Shown one piece after another: positions 38,160 through 47,373 of a DNA stretch of 64,000 nt. Each line of letters opens with the position of its first letter. Positions within the stretch are counted from its first letter, which is position 1. The translations under genes and the position numbers were made by a program. Below the pieces are notes generated by a model. It had not been told where the DNA came from and did no database searches. It worked only from the letters and a program-made list of their open reading frames with translations. The stretch is taken from positions 41,561 through 105,560 of the forward strand of contig CADAXQ010000001.1 of the NCBI GenBank assembly GCA_902791935.1. Reading direction: 5' to 3'. The stretch is from an uncultured Erysipelotrichaceae bacterium (lineage in GTDB: Bacteria > Bacillota_I > Bacilli_A > RFN20 > CAG-826).

Positions 38160-39434
38160 TTATTCCGCGTAAGTGAAATCAAATTGATTGATGCGGACGG
38201 TATCGCCGTCTTTCGCACCAATTTTCTTTAATTTTTCATCCACGCCTTGTTTCTCTAAGAACGTTAACAATTGATCGACACCTTCATCGGTCGTGACGTT
38301 GATTAAAGCAGCACGTGCTTCAATGCGCTCGCCATGGATTACCCATACGCCATGAGGATCACGAACAATTTCGTAGGAATCATCCGCACTTTCATGGGCA
38401 TCGTAGACTTTCATCTCCGTTTCGGCGTTGACGCCTTGAAGTGGGAAGAATGGTGTCTTTTCAATTAAATCTTCAATTTGATAGACCAATTCATTCACGC
38501 CTTGATGCGTTAAAGAACAAAGAGGAACGGATTCAAATCCAAGCTTCTTATCGAATTCTTTCTTCCGTTCTTCTGCCCCTTCTGAGTCCATTTTCGAGGC
38601 AACGACAATCTGCGGCCGTTTCTCAAGTTCTGCCCCATAATCTTTGAGTTCTTCGTTGATCGTGCAGTATTCCTCGTAGGGATCGCGTTCGCCACTCATG
38701 GAAACGAGATGCACCAAAACACGGCAACGTTCAACGTGCCGTAAGAACCGGATGCCTAAGCCTTTGCCTTCGTGGGCACCTTCAATTAAGCCGGGTAAGT
38801 CCGCCATGACAAAACTACGGCCGTCAGGCAAAACCACGACGCCAAGATTCGGCGCCAACGTGGTAAACGGATAATCGGCAGTCGGAACATTTGCTTTAGT
38901 CGTGACGTTTAAGAACGTTGACTTTCCGACGGATGGATAACCAACTAAGCCGGCATCCGCTAACATCTTTAATTCAAGAATGAGCCGTTTTTTCTCGCCA
39001 GGATGCCCGTTTTCCGCGATTCTAGGAATGCGGTTACGCGAAGACTTGAAGCAAGTGTTGCCACGGCCGCCACGGCCGCCTTTTGCCACACAAACAATCT
39101 CGCCATCTTCTTTCAAATCGGCGAGGACGCGGCCCGTTTTCTCTTCGGTCACAATCGTGCCGCAAGGCACTTCCACCGTCACATCCGGACCATTTCGGCC
39201 ATACATGTTTTTATGCATGCCTTTTTCGCCATCCATCGCCATGATGACACGGGAATGGCGGAAGTTATAAAGCGTGTTGAGATTCCGTCTAGCGACGAGA
39301 TAAATGGAGCCACCACGGCCACCATTGCCGCCATCGGGCCCGCCTTTTGCAGTATTCCGATCTTGCAAGAAAGAAACGGCGCCATCGCCGCCTTTGCCAC
39401 TACGAACTTCAATGACACAACGATCAATTAGCAT
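38160..39434 (-). CDS. obg: GTPase Obg
   Basis: Gly-rich Obg fold (GGDGGNGGRGGSIY), G domain GYPSVGKST, C-terminal TGS-like OCT domain, 424 aa. Confidence 0.96.
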   Translation of the reverse strand: MLIDRCVIEVRSGKGGDGAVSFLQDRNTAKGGPDGGNGGRGGSIYLVARRNLNTLYNFRHSRVIMAMDGEKGMHKNMYGRNGPDVTVEVPCGTIVTEEKTGRVLADLKEDGEIVCVAKGGRGGRGNTCFKSSRNRIPRIAENGHPGEKKRLILELKMLADAGLVGYPSVGKSTFLNVTTKANVPTADYPFTTLAPNLGVVVLPDGRSFVMADLPGLIEGAHEGKGLGIRFLRHVERCRVLVHLVSMSGERDPYEEYCTINEELKDYGAELEKRPQIVVASKMDSEGAEERKKEFDKKLGFESVPLCSLTHQGVNELVYQIEDLIEKTPFFPLQGVNAETEMKVYDAHESADDSYEIVRDPHGVWVIHGERIEARAALINVTTDEGVDQLLTFLEKQGVDEKLKKIGAKDGDTVRINQFDFTYAE

Positions 39435-40210
39435 GTTTTTTCTCTCTCCTCAAGACGCGAAGGAAGCGCTGCCCGCTCTTCTTTGCTTAAACGATAATGC
39501 TTTTTTTGGTGATGGATGCGGCATAAATCTTGAAAGAAACGCCATGAAGTCCGAAGCGGATGGCCTAAGCTCGAAGCAGGGTCATCGGTCCAATGCGTTG
39601 GGATTTCTTTCACGGAATAACCATTTAGTTTTAAGAAATAAAGGTATTCGACGTCGAAGGCAAAGCCTGCAATCGTCTGCTTTTCAACCATTTTCTTTGC
39701 CACGTCGGTGCGGAAAAGCTTGTAACCGCACTGGGTGTCATGGATGCCATGGAAATGGAACATCGCATGGATGACTCTTCTTGAACCCCAGGAAATAAAG
39801 CGGCGGATGGCGCTTTGTGGGTTCTCAATGACGGATCCTTTCGAATGGCGCGACGCGATAAACGCATCGTAGCGGTCAATCTCGGGAAGAATGGCTTCGA
39901 ATGTTTTTAAATCCGTCGCAAAGTCCGCGTCCATAAACAAGACGTAATCGCCTGTTGCTGCCTCGATACCTAATTGAACCCCGTGGCCTTTGCCAGGGAT
40001 GGGGGTATGTGGCAATAGATGCACTTGTGGCGGCAACTCTTTCGCGCCGTCCCAAAGAATCTTTTGTTCTTGTTCCGTTGAGGCATTGCAAACAATGATG
40101 AAATCATAGTCAATGCCTAGCGAATCAAAATAGGGAACCCCTAATGCTTTCAGATTCTTAAGCAACTTTTCACTTTGGTTTTTTATGGCAATCACAACAT
40201 CTAGTTTCAT
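39428..40210 (-). CDS. family 2 glycosyltransferase (polyprenol-phosphate glycosyltransferase-like)
   Basis: GT-A fold signature with the DxD motif in VLFMDADFATD. 260 aa with no TM segment. Its 3' end overlaps the obg start. Confidence 0.8.
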   Translation of the reverse strand: MKLDVVIAIKNQSEKLLKNLKALGVPYFDSLGIDYDFIIVCNASTEQEQKILWDGAKELPPQVHLLPHTPIPGKGHGVQLGIEAATGDYVLFMDADFATDLKTFEAILPEIDRYDAFIASRHSKGSVIENPQSAIRRFISWGSRRVIHAMFHFHGIHDTQCGYKLFRTDVAKKMVEKQTIAGFAFDVEYLYFLKLNGYSVKEIPTHWTDDPASSLGHPLRTSWRFFQDLCRIHHQKKHYRLSKEERAALPSRLEEREKTC

Positions 40211-40242
40211 GGTGTTTATTATTATAAGGCATTCTCTTTAGA

Positions 40243-40274
40243 GAACAAAACGGCCCCGTATGACCGGGACCGTT
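40243..40274 (-). terminator. rho-independent terminator after rpmA
   Basis: Minus-strand AACGGTCCC...GGGGCCGTT stem followed by TTTGTTC. Confidence 0.75.
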
Positions 40275-40287
40275 TCAAGAACTGAGG

Positions 40288-40584
40288 TTATTTCGCAGCG
40301 GGTTGTTGTGGATAGACGGAAACTTTCTTCCGATCTTTCCCCATGCGCTCGAATTTGACCACGCCGTCAACGATGGCATAAATCGTATCGTCGCCGCCGC
40401 GTTTCGTTCCGGCACCCGGATGGACCTTCGTCCCTCTTTGCCGATAAAGAATATTGCCTGCTAAAACATATTGGCCATCGCCAACTTTCGCACCGAGTCT
40501 ACGGCCAGCAGAGTCACGGCCGTTTTTCGTGCTGGAAACGCCTTTTTTCGAGGCGAACCATTGCAGATCAATGACGAAATTCAT
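40288..40584 (-). CDS. rpmA: 50S ribosomal protein L27 with N-terminal propeptide
   Basis: [10 protein letters not shown]|[15 protein letters not shown]: the Firmicute-type cleavable extension precedes the conserved ASKKG. Confidence 0.96.
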   Translation of the reverse strand: MNFVIDLQWFASKKGVSSTKNGRDSAGRRLGAKVGDGQYVLAGNILYRQRGTKVHPGAGTKRGGDDTIYAIVDGVVKFERMGKDRKKVSVYPQQPAAK

Positions 40585-40895
40585 TTTTGCTTCCTTTCTA
40601 GCTTCACGTACTTTGGTGACAAAGCCGCGATGCTTTCATATTGTTTCTCGAGCGTTTCGAGAACAATTGCGTCATGCTCGGAGACTTCCTTAATAGCCTC
40701 TAAGTAGACATTGCCAGGTTCGTTTTTACTTTTGTAGGTTGTGGCCGGGTCATCTTGTAAGGCATTTAAACCCATGGTGACACCGCTTACGGCAGAACAC
40801 ACGATGTCGGATCCATAAGGACCAGATTCGGCATGTCCTTTCACTTCCAACGAATGGAAATGACCGTGAATCGTGACAAAAGTAATTTGAATCAT
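40581..40895 (-). CDS. prp: ribosomal-processing cysteine protease Prp (YsxB family)
   Basis: 104 aa lying between rplU and rpmA. The GHA...DIVCSAVS motif carries the catalytic His and Cys. Confidence 0.9.
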   Translation of the reverse strand: MIQITFVTIHGHFHSLEVKGHAESGPYGSDIVCSAVSGVTMGLNALQDDPATTYKSKNEPGNVYLEAIKEVSEHDAIVLETLEKQYESIAALSPKYVKLERKQK

Positions 40896-41203
40896 TAGGC
40901 GTTGATGCTTTCAATCACCAAGCAAGTATAGGGTTGCCGATGGCCTTGTTTCTTGCGCTCATTGGCTTTGCTCTTGTACTTGTAGACGGTGAGTTTTTCG
41001 CTCAAGCCTTGTTTTTCGACTTTGGCAACGACCGAAGCACCTTTCACATAGGGTTTGCCAACGACCGTTTTGTCTCCGCCAACGAAAAGCACTTTGTAGA
41101 GCGTCACTTCTTTGCCGGCTTCTCCGTCGATTTTTTCAACGAAGATTTTGTCTCCGACAGAGACTTTGACTTGCTTGCCGCCAGTCTCTACGATTGCGTA
41201 CAT
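40895..41203 (-). CDS. rplU: 50S ribosomal protein L21
   Basis: [14 protein letters not shown]... ATG at 41203 with AAGGAGG upstream is preferred over the ORF-track start at 41221. Confidence 0.96.
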   Translation of the reverse strand: MYAIVETGGKQVKVSVGDKIFVEKIDGEAGKEVTLYKVLFVGGDKTVVGKPYVKGASVVAKVEKQGLSEKLTVYKYKSKANERKKQGHRQPYTCLVIESINA

Positions 41204-41305
41204 ATTTGTCCTCCTTTTCACTTAGACTCGCTTGGATGGCCGAAGCACGAAACTTCTGTTAGGCGCCATTTTAATGCGGTTGAGGCGCTAAGGAGCGTCA
41301 CAACG
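41204..41305 (-). promoter_or_regulatory. rplU 5' leader with a conserved-looking hairpin (possible L21-leader-type ribosomal autoregulatory element)
   Basis: Candidate promoter TTGTGA-N16-TATAGT (the -10 at 41312-41317 on the minus strand). The roughly 100-nt leader contains the hairpin CTTAGCGCC...GGCGCCTAA (41258-41293). The family assignment is not verified. Confidence 0.35.
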
Positions 41306-41363
41306 TTAATAACTATATCAGGAAAATTCCAAATCACAACGGAAAAACGTTCTTTTTCGAAGA

Positions 41364-41400
41364 AAGTGAAGACGAAGGAAGCCATATGTCGTCTTCACTT
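41364..41400 (-). terminator. terminator hairpin after radC
   Basis: 12-bp stem AAGTGAAGACGA pairs with TCGTCTTCACTT. The U-tract is weak (TTCTTCG). Confidence 0.6.
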
Positions 41401-41462
41401 TCTCTCAGTTTTTCGTCTTGCTCTCCCTGACGTTACGCCTAGAAAACGTGTCCACCCCGCTT

Positions 41463-42167
41463 CTAGGCGTTACGTCTACCAGTTTCCTTTCGATCAGGAA
41501 CGAGTAATGCATTCTCCCGAAACGAGAAGTATGCCTCGCGGGAAAGGATGAGATGATCTTGCAAAGAAACGCCAATCACTTTGGCACGCTTAGCAAGATC
41601 GATGGTGTAAGTCACTTCCCCTGGCGAAGGCAAGACACTTCCAGAGGGATGGTTATGAAGAAGCATAAATGACGCAAAGTTCGGATCGTTTAATTCCGAT
41701 AGAACGCTTCTTGGGGAGGAAGAGACGTGTTCTTCGCTCCCTTCGAATAAGAGCCGTTCTTGGCAAAGCCGGCCCCGCCTATCGAAGCAAAGCAATACGA
41801 CGCTTTCGCGTTTCTTCGCGCCTAAGGTCAAGCGATAATGGTCAAAGATTTCTTGCGGATCTAGCGGATTCGTGTATGGTTGTCGCCTTTCTTTGCGGCG
41901 TGCCACTTCAAAGGTGGCGCTAAGCCGTTCGGCTTTCGCTATAGAGATGCCTTTGATCTTTCGAAAATCGGCACCCGTCAACGTTGATAACGTCGCAAAA
42001 TCGTGATACGTCGTTAAAATCTCTTCGGCCAATTCCAGCACATCTTTTCCGGCGTATCCATTGCCAAGCAGCAAGGCAAGAAGCTCGCTGTCAGACAAAG
42101 AAGATATGCCTTCTTTTTTGGCTTTCTCTCTTGGCCTAGACGCCAATGGCAAATCCCGAAGTTTCAT
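41463..42167 (-). CDS. radC: RadC-like JAB-domain protein
   Basis: N-terminal LPxxxRPREK, then an HhH region, then the C-terminal JAMM motif LLHNHPSGSVLPS. The start at 42167 forms an ATGA overlap with the upstream small ORF. Confidence 0.9.
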   Translation of the reverse strand: MKLRDLPLASRPREKAKKEGISSLSDSELLALLLGNGYAGKDVLELAEEILTTYHDFATLSTLTGADFRKIKGISIAKAERLSATFEVARRKERRQPYTNPLDPQEIFDHYRLTLGAKKRESVVLLCFDRRGRLCQERLLFEGSEEHVSSSPRSVLSELNDPNFASFMLLHNHPSGSVLPSPGEVTYTIDLAKRAKVIGVSLQDHLILSREAYFSFRENALLVPDRKETGRRNA

Positions 42168-42346
42168 TTCCAGGTAAATTGCCATCCGCCCGGCATTTTT
42201 GCGCTCCCGCTGCCTGAGCGGAACATGCGGTAAACCACCACGGCCGTAATCGCGATAGCTAAGACAGCCATCACAGCAGCCAAGGTAATCCCAGCGCCAG
42301 GAACAAGCGTCATTTTCTCTTGCTCCGTCAATTCGTATCCTTGCAT
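42164..42346 (-). CDS. small membrane protein (60 aa), unknown function
   Basis: Strong AAGGAGGG SD, one TM helix (GAGITLAAVMAVLAIAITAVVVY), and ATGA coupling to radC. Confidence 0.65.
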   Translation of the reverse strand: MQGYELTEQEKMTLVPGAGITLAAVMAVLAIAITAVVVYRMFRSGSGSAKMPGGWQFTWK

Positions 42347-42380
42347 AGAAAACCCTCCTTCACTTTAAGAAAGGAGGGAT
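42347..42380 (-). terminator. rho-independent terminator after valS whose 3' arm is the SD of the next ORF
   Basis: Minus-strand CCCTCCTT-loop10-AAGGAGGG followed by TTTTCT and then the ATG at 42346. Confidence 0.65.
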
Positions 42381-42406
42381 TTTGAAGAATGGGACAAATT
42401 TTTTGC

Positions 42407-44995
42407 TTATTTTTGCAAAGAATGGAGTTTTTCTTCCAAGGTGACAAGCATCGCTTTGTTTTGAGCAAGCTTCGTTTGCTCCGCTTCGACTTTCGCTTTC
42501 GGCGCTTTTTGTAAGAAGCCTGGATTCGAAAGAATCTTTTCGGAACGTGCGATTTCAAAATGCAAAGAATCTTGTTGTTCCGAGAGCCTCTTCCGTAACA
42601 CTTCGGGATCGACGTCCTCTTCTACCACCATTTCACATCCGGGGTATAAGAACGGGCTTCCTTCGAGTGCTTCAGGACGAATCTCATAAGAAGACGCAAA
42701 GGCAAAACGGGTCAAATATTCGCCAGATCCGGCAAACGGCTCTCGGGGAGAAACCGCAAGCTTCACTTTTGCGTTCGGCGCAATGCCATGGGACGACTTG
42801 TAGTTCCGGATGTCTTTGATCATGGCTAAGAGAATCGCGACTTGATCGCTGGCTTTCTTGTCGAGTAGCTTCCGTTCATAGACGGGGTACGTCTCTAACA
42901 TGATGGAATCCAAATGGCCAGGCAAGCTAAGATACATTTCCTCACTCACAAACGGGGCATAAGGATAAATCATCAAGATGATGTCTTTGATCGTCCAATA
43001 TAGCACGTCTTTGGTGACGGCTGCTTCTTCGCCGCCATGCGCTAACGAAATCTTGGAGAATTCAAGATACGACGAGCAGAAATCATCGTAGACGAAGTCA
43101 TAAAGTGTCGAAGACGCCTGACCAAATTGATATTCGTCCATCTTGGCCCCGACTTTCTTGATGGTCCGTTCCAAGTGGTCGACCAAATAACGGTCAAGCG
43201 TTCCGAGCTTCTTTTTCTCTAAGGGACGCGGCGTATAGTCTTCACCAAGCACGCCTTCCACATAACGGCAAGCGTTCCAAATTTTATTTAAATACGCCTG
43301 CGCGGAAGCGACTTTGGCATCAGAATAACGCATATCCATGCCTGGCGCCGCATTCGTGGTGATGAAATAACGTAATGCATCGACGCCATAACGGTCAATC
43401 ACATCCAAAGGATCGATACCGTTCCCGAGCGACTTTGACATCTTCCGTCCTTGCTCATCGCGGACTAAGCCGTGGATGATGACTTTTTGGAAGGGGGCTT
43501 TGCCGGTGAAATGAAGCGAATCAAACACCATGCGTGACACCCAGAAGAAGATGATGTCATAAGCCGTCACCATGACGCTCGTGGGGAAATAACGTTGATA
43601 ATCAGGCGAAGTCGTATCGGGCCAACCCATGGTCGCGAACGGCCAAAGGGCGCTTGAGAACCACGTATCCAAGACGTCTTCGTCTTGACGGTATAGTTTC
43701 GGATCCGGTGCTGTTTCGCTGACTAACACCTCGCCGGTTTCTTTGTTGTAATAAGCCGGAATCCGGTGCCCCCACCAAAGTTGACGGGAAATGCACCAGT
43801 CTTCGATGTTGCTCATCCAACGCAGCAAAACTTTTTCAAACCGCTTCGGCAAGAATTCCACTTTGCCCTGCGTCTTTTGATAAGCCAAAACCGCATCCGC
43901 TAACGGCTTCATCTTGACAAACCATTGCTTGGAAAGCATCGGTTCGACAACGGCGCCGCTCCGTTCTGAATGGCCAACGGAATGGACGATTTTTTCAATT
44001 TTGATCAAATGCCCTTCTGCTTTGATTTTTTCGACCAATGCTTTTCGGCATTCATAACGGTCCATTCCTTGATAAGGGCCGCATTTTTCGTTCATATGAG
44101 CGGTTTCGTCCAATACTTTGATGAAAGGGAAGCCGTATTTTTTGGCCAAAGCAAAGTCGTTTGGATCGTGAGCTGGAGTGCATTTCATCGCCCCAGTGCC
44201 GAATTTCATATCGACATAGGAATCAGCCATCAAAGGCAATTTTTCACCATTCGCAGGATTAATCACTTGTTTTCCGATATATTTCTGATAACGCGGATCT
44301 TTGGGATTTACAAAGACGGCCGTATCGCCAAACATCGTTTCCGGACGGGTGGTTGCCACCACAATAGAATCATTCGAATCTACGATGTCATAACGGAAAT
44401 AGAAGAAATCGCCGGGATCGTCTTGGTGAACGATTTCAATGTTGGACAACGCCGTCCGTAATTCTGGATCCCAATTGGTAATCCGCTCGCCTTGATAAAT
44501 CAATCCTTCTTGGTAAAGGGTGACAAACACGTGCTTCACGGCTTTGGAAAGGCCTTCGTCTAACGTGAACCGCTCTCTGGAATAATCGAGTGATAAGCCC
44601 ATTTTTTTCCATTGTTCATGGATGGAGGCGGCATATTCATCTTTCCATTCCCAGGCTTTCTTTAAGAAGCCTTCCCGTCCTAAGTCATAACGAGAAATGC
44701 CTTGTTCCCGTAACTTCGCTTCGACTTTCGCTTGGGTGGCGATGCCCGCATGATCCATGCCGGGCAACCACAAGACATCATATCCTTTCATCCGTTTATA
44801 ACGGGCGATGATGTCTTCGTAAGTCGTGTTCATCGCGTGGCCAAGATGTAATTTGCCCGTCACGTTCGGCGGTGGAATCACCAGCGAAAACGGCGGCTTA
44901 GATTTATCTTGTCCCGCTTTGAAATAGCCGGCATTCACCCAACGTTCATACTTGCCTTCTTCGACTTTCTTGGGATCGTAATGTTTGTCGAGCAT
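42407..44995 (-). CDS. valS: valine--tRNA ligase
   Basis: The HIGH motif appears as PNVTGKLHLGH. KMSKS and a C-terminal coiled coil are present. ATG at 44995 with an AAAGGAG SD (MLDKHYDPKKVE) is preferred over the start at 45028. Confidence 0.96.
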   Translation of the reverse strand: MLDKHYDPKKVEEGKYERWVNAGYFKAGQDKSKPPFSLVIPPPNVTGKLHLGHAMNTTYEDIIARYKRMKGYDVLWLPGMDHAGIATQAKVEAKLREQGISRYDLGREGFLKKAWEWKDEYAASIHEQWKKMGLSLDYSRERFTLDEGLSKAVKHVFVTLYQEGLIYQGERITNWDPELRTALSNIEIVHQDDPGDFFYFRYDIVDSNDSIVVATTRPETMFGDTAVFVNPKDPRYQKYIGKQVINPANGEKLPLMADSYVDMKFGTGAMKCTPAHDPNDFALAKKYGFPFIKVLDETAHMNEKCGPYQGMDRYECRKALVEKIKAEGHLIKIEKIVHSVGHSERSGAVVEPMLSKQWFVKMKPLADAVLAYQKTQGKVEFLPKRFEKVLLRWMSNIEDWCISRQLWWGHRIPAYYNKETGEVLVSETAPDPKLYRQDEDVLDTWFSSALWPFATMGWPDTTSPDYQRYFPTSVMVTAYDIIFFWVSRMVFDSLHFTGKAPFQKVIIHGLVRDEQGRKMSKSLGNGIDPLDVIDRYGVDALRYFITTNAAPGMDMRYSDAKVASAQAYLNKIWNACRYVEGVLGEDYTPRPLEKKKLGTLDRYLVDHLERTIKKVGAKMDEYQFGQASSTLYDFVYDDFCSSYLEFSKISLAHGGEEAAVTKDVLYWTIKDIILMIYPYAPFVSEEMYLSLPGHLDSIMLETYPVYERKLLDKKASDQVAILLAMIKDIRNYKSSHGIAPNAKVKLAVSPREPFAGSGEYLTRFAFASSYEIRPEALEGSPFLYPGCEMVVEEDVDPEVLRKRLSEQQDSLHFEIARSEKILSNPGFLQKAPKAKVEAEQTKLAQNKAMLVTLEEKLHSLQK

Positions 44996-45009
44996 CTCTT
45001 TTCTCCTTT

Positions 45010-45228
45010 GTGGCAAAGAAAAAGCCACGTCTCTCCAAATAGGGACGCGGCGCGTGGTACCACCCTAATTCTGAAGCCACGGCTTCAGCACTTTTTATGG
45101 CCTTCTCGCGGCCAACGGGACTTCTTCCGGTTCTCCGAAGCGACTCACCAGCGTTTGGGGCGGAATTTGCAGCATCTACCACTCTCTAAGCCCAAACGTT
45201 CCTGGATCCCTCTTCTTCCACGAACAAA
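45010..45228 (-). promoter_or_regulatory. T-box leader (tRNA-sensing riboswitch) controlling valS
   Basis: On the minus strand: a TATAAT -10 (45232-45237) and an AGAGAG box. The canonical T-box sequence AATTAGGGTGGTACCACGCG is at 45049-45070. It overlaps the terminator GCCGCGTC...GACGTGGC + TTTTTCTTT (45015-45052). A candidate GUC (Val) specifier lies at 45142-45144. Confidence 0.85.
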
Positions 45229-45257
45229 GGTATTATAGGAACCAAAATCAAAGAAAT

Positions 45258-46391
45258 CTAGCCTTTTTTCGGCAAGAAGAGACCAAGCAAAACCTCGCGT
45301 TCTTCCTTGCTTCCGCCCGCGTGATGGGCTTTTAATGGATGGGGGTTAGGCTTATCTAGCGAGTTCAATAACGAGGTTTTCTTGCAAGCCAGCGCTTGGA
45401 AATCCCCGATGAACTCTTCGAAATGAGCGTTCGGCGTTCCTTCCCCGAAGTAGCCATTTTGGAGCACTTCTTCTTTGGTGAACAACTGAAAGTCAGGGAA
45501 ACGCTTACGGAACTCCGTAGCAAAGAATTCCTTCTTCTCTGGTTTTACCCAGAAAGTGGCATTTCTTCCTTCGATGCACATCGGGCGCGTCAAACATTGG
45601 GCCAACGCCGGATAAGCGGCCAGATCTTGATAAGTCACGTCGATTAAGCCATGATCGGCCATCGTGAAAACCAAGACATCGGGATTTGCTTTCGCAAAGC
45701 GCCGAAGCATGCGGTTGATGGAACGATAATCATGCCACGCCCAAGGGCTCTTCACCCCGTGGTGATGCAAATCATGATCGGGCAAGGTCGAATAAGAATA
45801 AAGGAACTCACCACCTTCTTCTTGAAAGAAATGTGTCGCCTGGATGCCCATTTCTCGGATGGATTTAGGCGCCCCTTCTCCCCCGACGGGGGCCACATAA
45901 GAAAGTTTCGCTTTGACGCCGACTTGTTGTAGTAACGTATCAAGCATGACTTTCGGGCAATACGTCTCCATATAGCTTTTCTCCCCAGAAGGCACTTTTT
46001 CCTCGGTGAGAGAGTTGCGGTTCGGGAACACGTCCACGGGATAGCCTAGTTTCTCCATATATAAGGACCAGCCAAGCCAGCCGGTTTCGCAAGGCCACTT
46101 CGCGGTCAAAAATGCCGTGGTAGCCGCCACCGTGGTTGGCGGATTCGTGCTTTGAATGGTATGAAACGCATGAGCAAGCAAGAAACGATTGGTTCTCGGA
46201 TATAAGGAAAGGTTATATTTGCCAGCCCCATCAAAGAGGAAAACGCAGATTTTTCGGTGTCCTTCTAAGACTTTATCCACGGCTTCGCAGGTGGGGTGAA
46301 ATGGCGTTACGCCGTAATGCTTTAATAAGGAGTTCGAAAAGCCCACTAAGCTGTCACGACGTTCAAAAAATGATTCAGGGTAATGATTCAT
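45258..46391 (-). CDS. alkaline-phosphatase-superfamily enzyme (type I phosphodiesterase/nucleotide pyrophosphatase-like)
   Basis: Metal and nucleophile motifs FLFDGAG, NPPTTVAATTAFLT, DHDLHHHG, MADHG. The start at 46391 (MNHYPE...) is chosen because the longer ORF-track form overlaps the upstream permease gene. Confidence 0.75.
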   Translation of the reverse strand: MNHYPESFFERRDSLVGFSNSLLKHYGVTPFHPTCEAVDKVLEGHRKICVFLFDGAGKYNLSLYPRTNRFLLAHAFHTIQSTNPPTTVAATTAFLTAKWPCETGWLGWSLYMEKLGYPVDVFPNRNSLTEEKVPSGEKSYMETYCPKVMLDTLLQQVGVKAKLSYVAPVGGEGAPKSIREMGIQATHFFQEEGGEFLYSYSTLPDHDLHHHGVKSPWAWHDYRSINRMLRRFAKANPDVLVFTMADHGLIDVTYQDLAAYPALAQCLTRPMCIEGRNATFWVKPEKKEFFATEFRKRFPDFQLFTKEEVLQNGYFGEGTPNAHFEEFIGDFQALACKKTSLLNSLDKPNPHPLKAHHAGGSKEEREVLLGLFLPKKG

Positions 46392-46455
46392 AGCGGGATA
46401 TCTTAAGGGAAAAAAACCGGTTTCGCAAGCGGAATTATCTTCCTTTTTTCGCGAT

Positions 46456-47373
46456 TTAACGAAGGTCGACTTTACGGAACTTGAAGATGCCGGCAAAAAG
46501 GGTGATGGCGGAAGCAAGAACGATCTCCACTCCCGCGACCATGGACAAATAGCCATTGCGGTCAGCGTGGGTGACCCACTCGCCGTCTTTGGTGATTTCA
46601 TAAACGCAGGATTGCGAAAAAGAAGAAAAAGAACGAATCCAAAAATGCGGCAGCCAAACTTCAAGAAGGAACGGGAACTTCCGTTCGTGCGCCTCGATGC
46701 TTTTGCCTCCCAAAGAGAAGAAAACCATGCCGACGACAAACAAAATCAGAAACACCACCGCGCCAAAAATGACGCCGATCCAGCCGTTATGAAAATTGGC
46801 GCAGGCTGAAAAACAAATGAGATAACAGACAAGATACACCAAAAAGGTCATCGCTAAGCTTTGTAAGAAGATCCACTTCTCTTGCGAGGCAGGAAGCGAA
46901 TCAGAGTATGACGCATTGTTTCCAAGCGGAAAACCCATCTCGGGGCAAAAAGGAACCTTTAAAAGGAGGGCAAGCAAGGTGGCAAGAAGTTGGAAGGCAA
47001 GAACGAGGCTGATGGCCAGGACAAAACCCGCCAAAGCCATAGAAAGAAAAATCTTCGTTCTGCTTTTGCCAGATAGGGCCTGGCTTTTGATGGTGCCCGT
47101 TCGGAACTCCTCCCCCACGAACACAATGGCAAACCCGATGGAGAACAAAAAGAATGGATAGGGAGGGACGAAAGTAACGGAGCGAATGCTTTCGCTGGAA
47201 AAGATTTGCATGCTAAAAGGCAAAATCAAAAGATTGGCAATGCCGATCGTTCCTTTAAAAATAGTCGTCGCAAGAATGGCGAAAACAATACCAAGCGCTC
47301 CAAAAAGAGCGAAAGCAATCCAATAGGCAACGCTTTTTCTCATGCGAAACAGGATTAATTTAAGGCTATTCAT
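46456..47373 (-). CDS. ABC-2-type transporter permease
   Basis: 305 aa with about 6 TM helices. It overlaps the ATPase gene by 8 nt. Confidence 0.8.
   Translation of the reverse strand: MNSLKLILFRMRKSVAYWIAFALFGALGIVFAILATTIFKGTIGIANLLILPFSMQIFSSESIRSVTFVPPYPFFLFSIGFAIVFVGEEFRTGTIKSQALSGKSRTKIFLSMALAGFVLAISLVLAFQLLATLLALLLKVPFCPEMGFPLGNNASYSDSLPASQEKWIFLQSLAMTFLVYLVCYLICFSACANFHNGWIGVIFGAVVFLILFVVGMVFFSLGGKSIEAHERKFPFLLEVWLPHFWIRSFSSFSQSCVYEITKDGEWVTHADRNGYLSMVAGVEIVLASAITLFAGIFKFRKVDLR

Noticed and set aside
40934-41551. 205-aa plus-strand ORF across the rplU region, and similar long antisense ORFs (for example 43970..44461 in valS, 39003..39431 and 39304..39774 in obg/GT2)
   Set aside because: They lie antisense to strongly supported conserved genes. 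Their translations have no recognisable motifs and no RBS.
46392-46739. Extended N-terminus of ORF 45258..46739 (493 aa) and likewise of 33619..36465 (SecDF), 17009..18247 (DeoB), 40895..41221 (L21), 42407..45028 (ValRS)
   Set aside because: The extensions overlap upstream genes, terminators or leaders and lack an RBS. Internal ATGs with good SDs or homologous N-termini give the expected protein starts.
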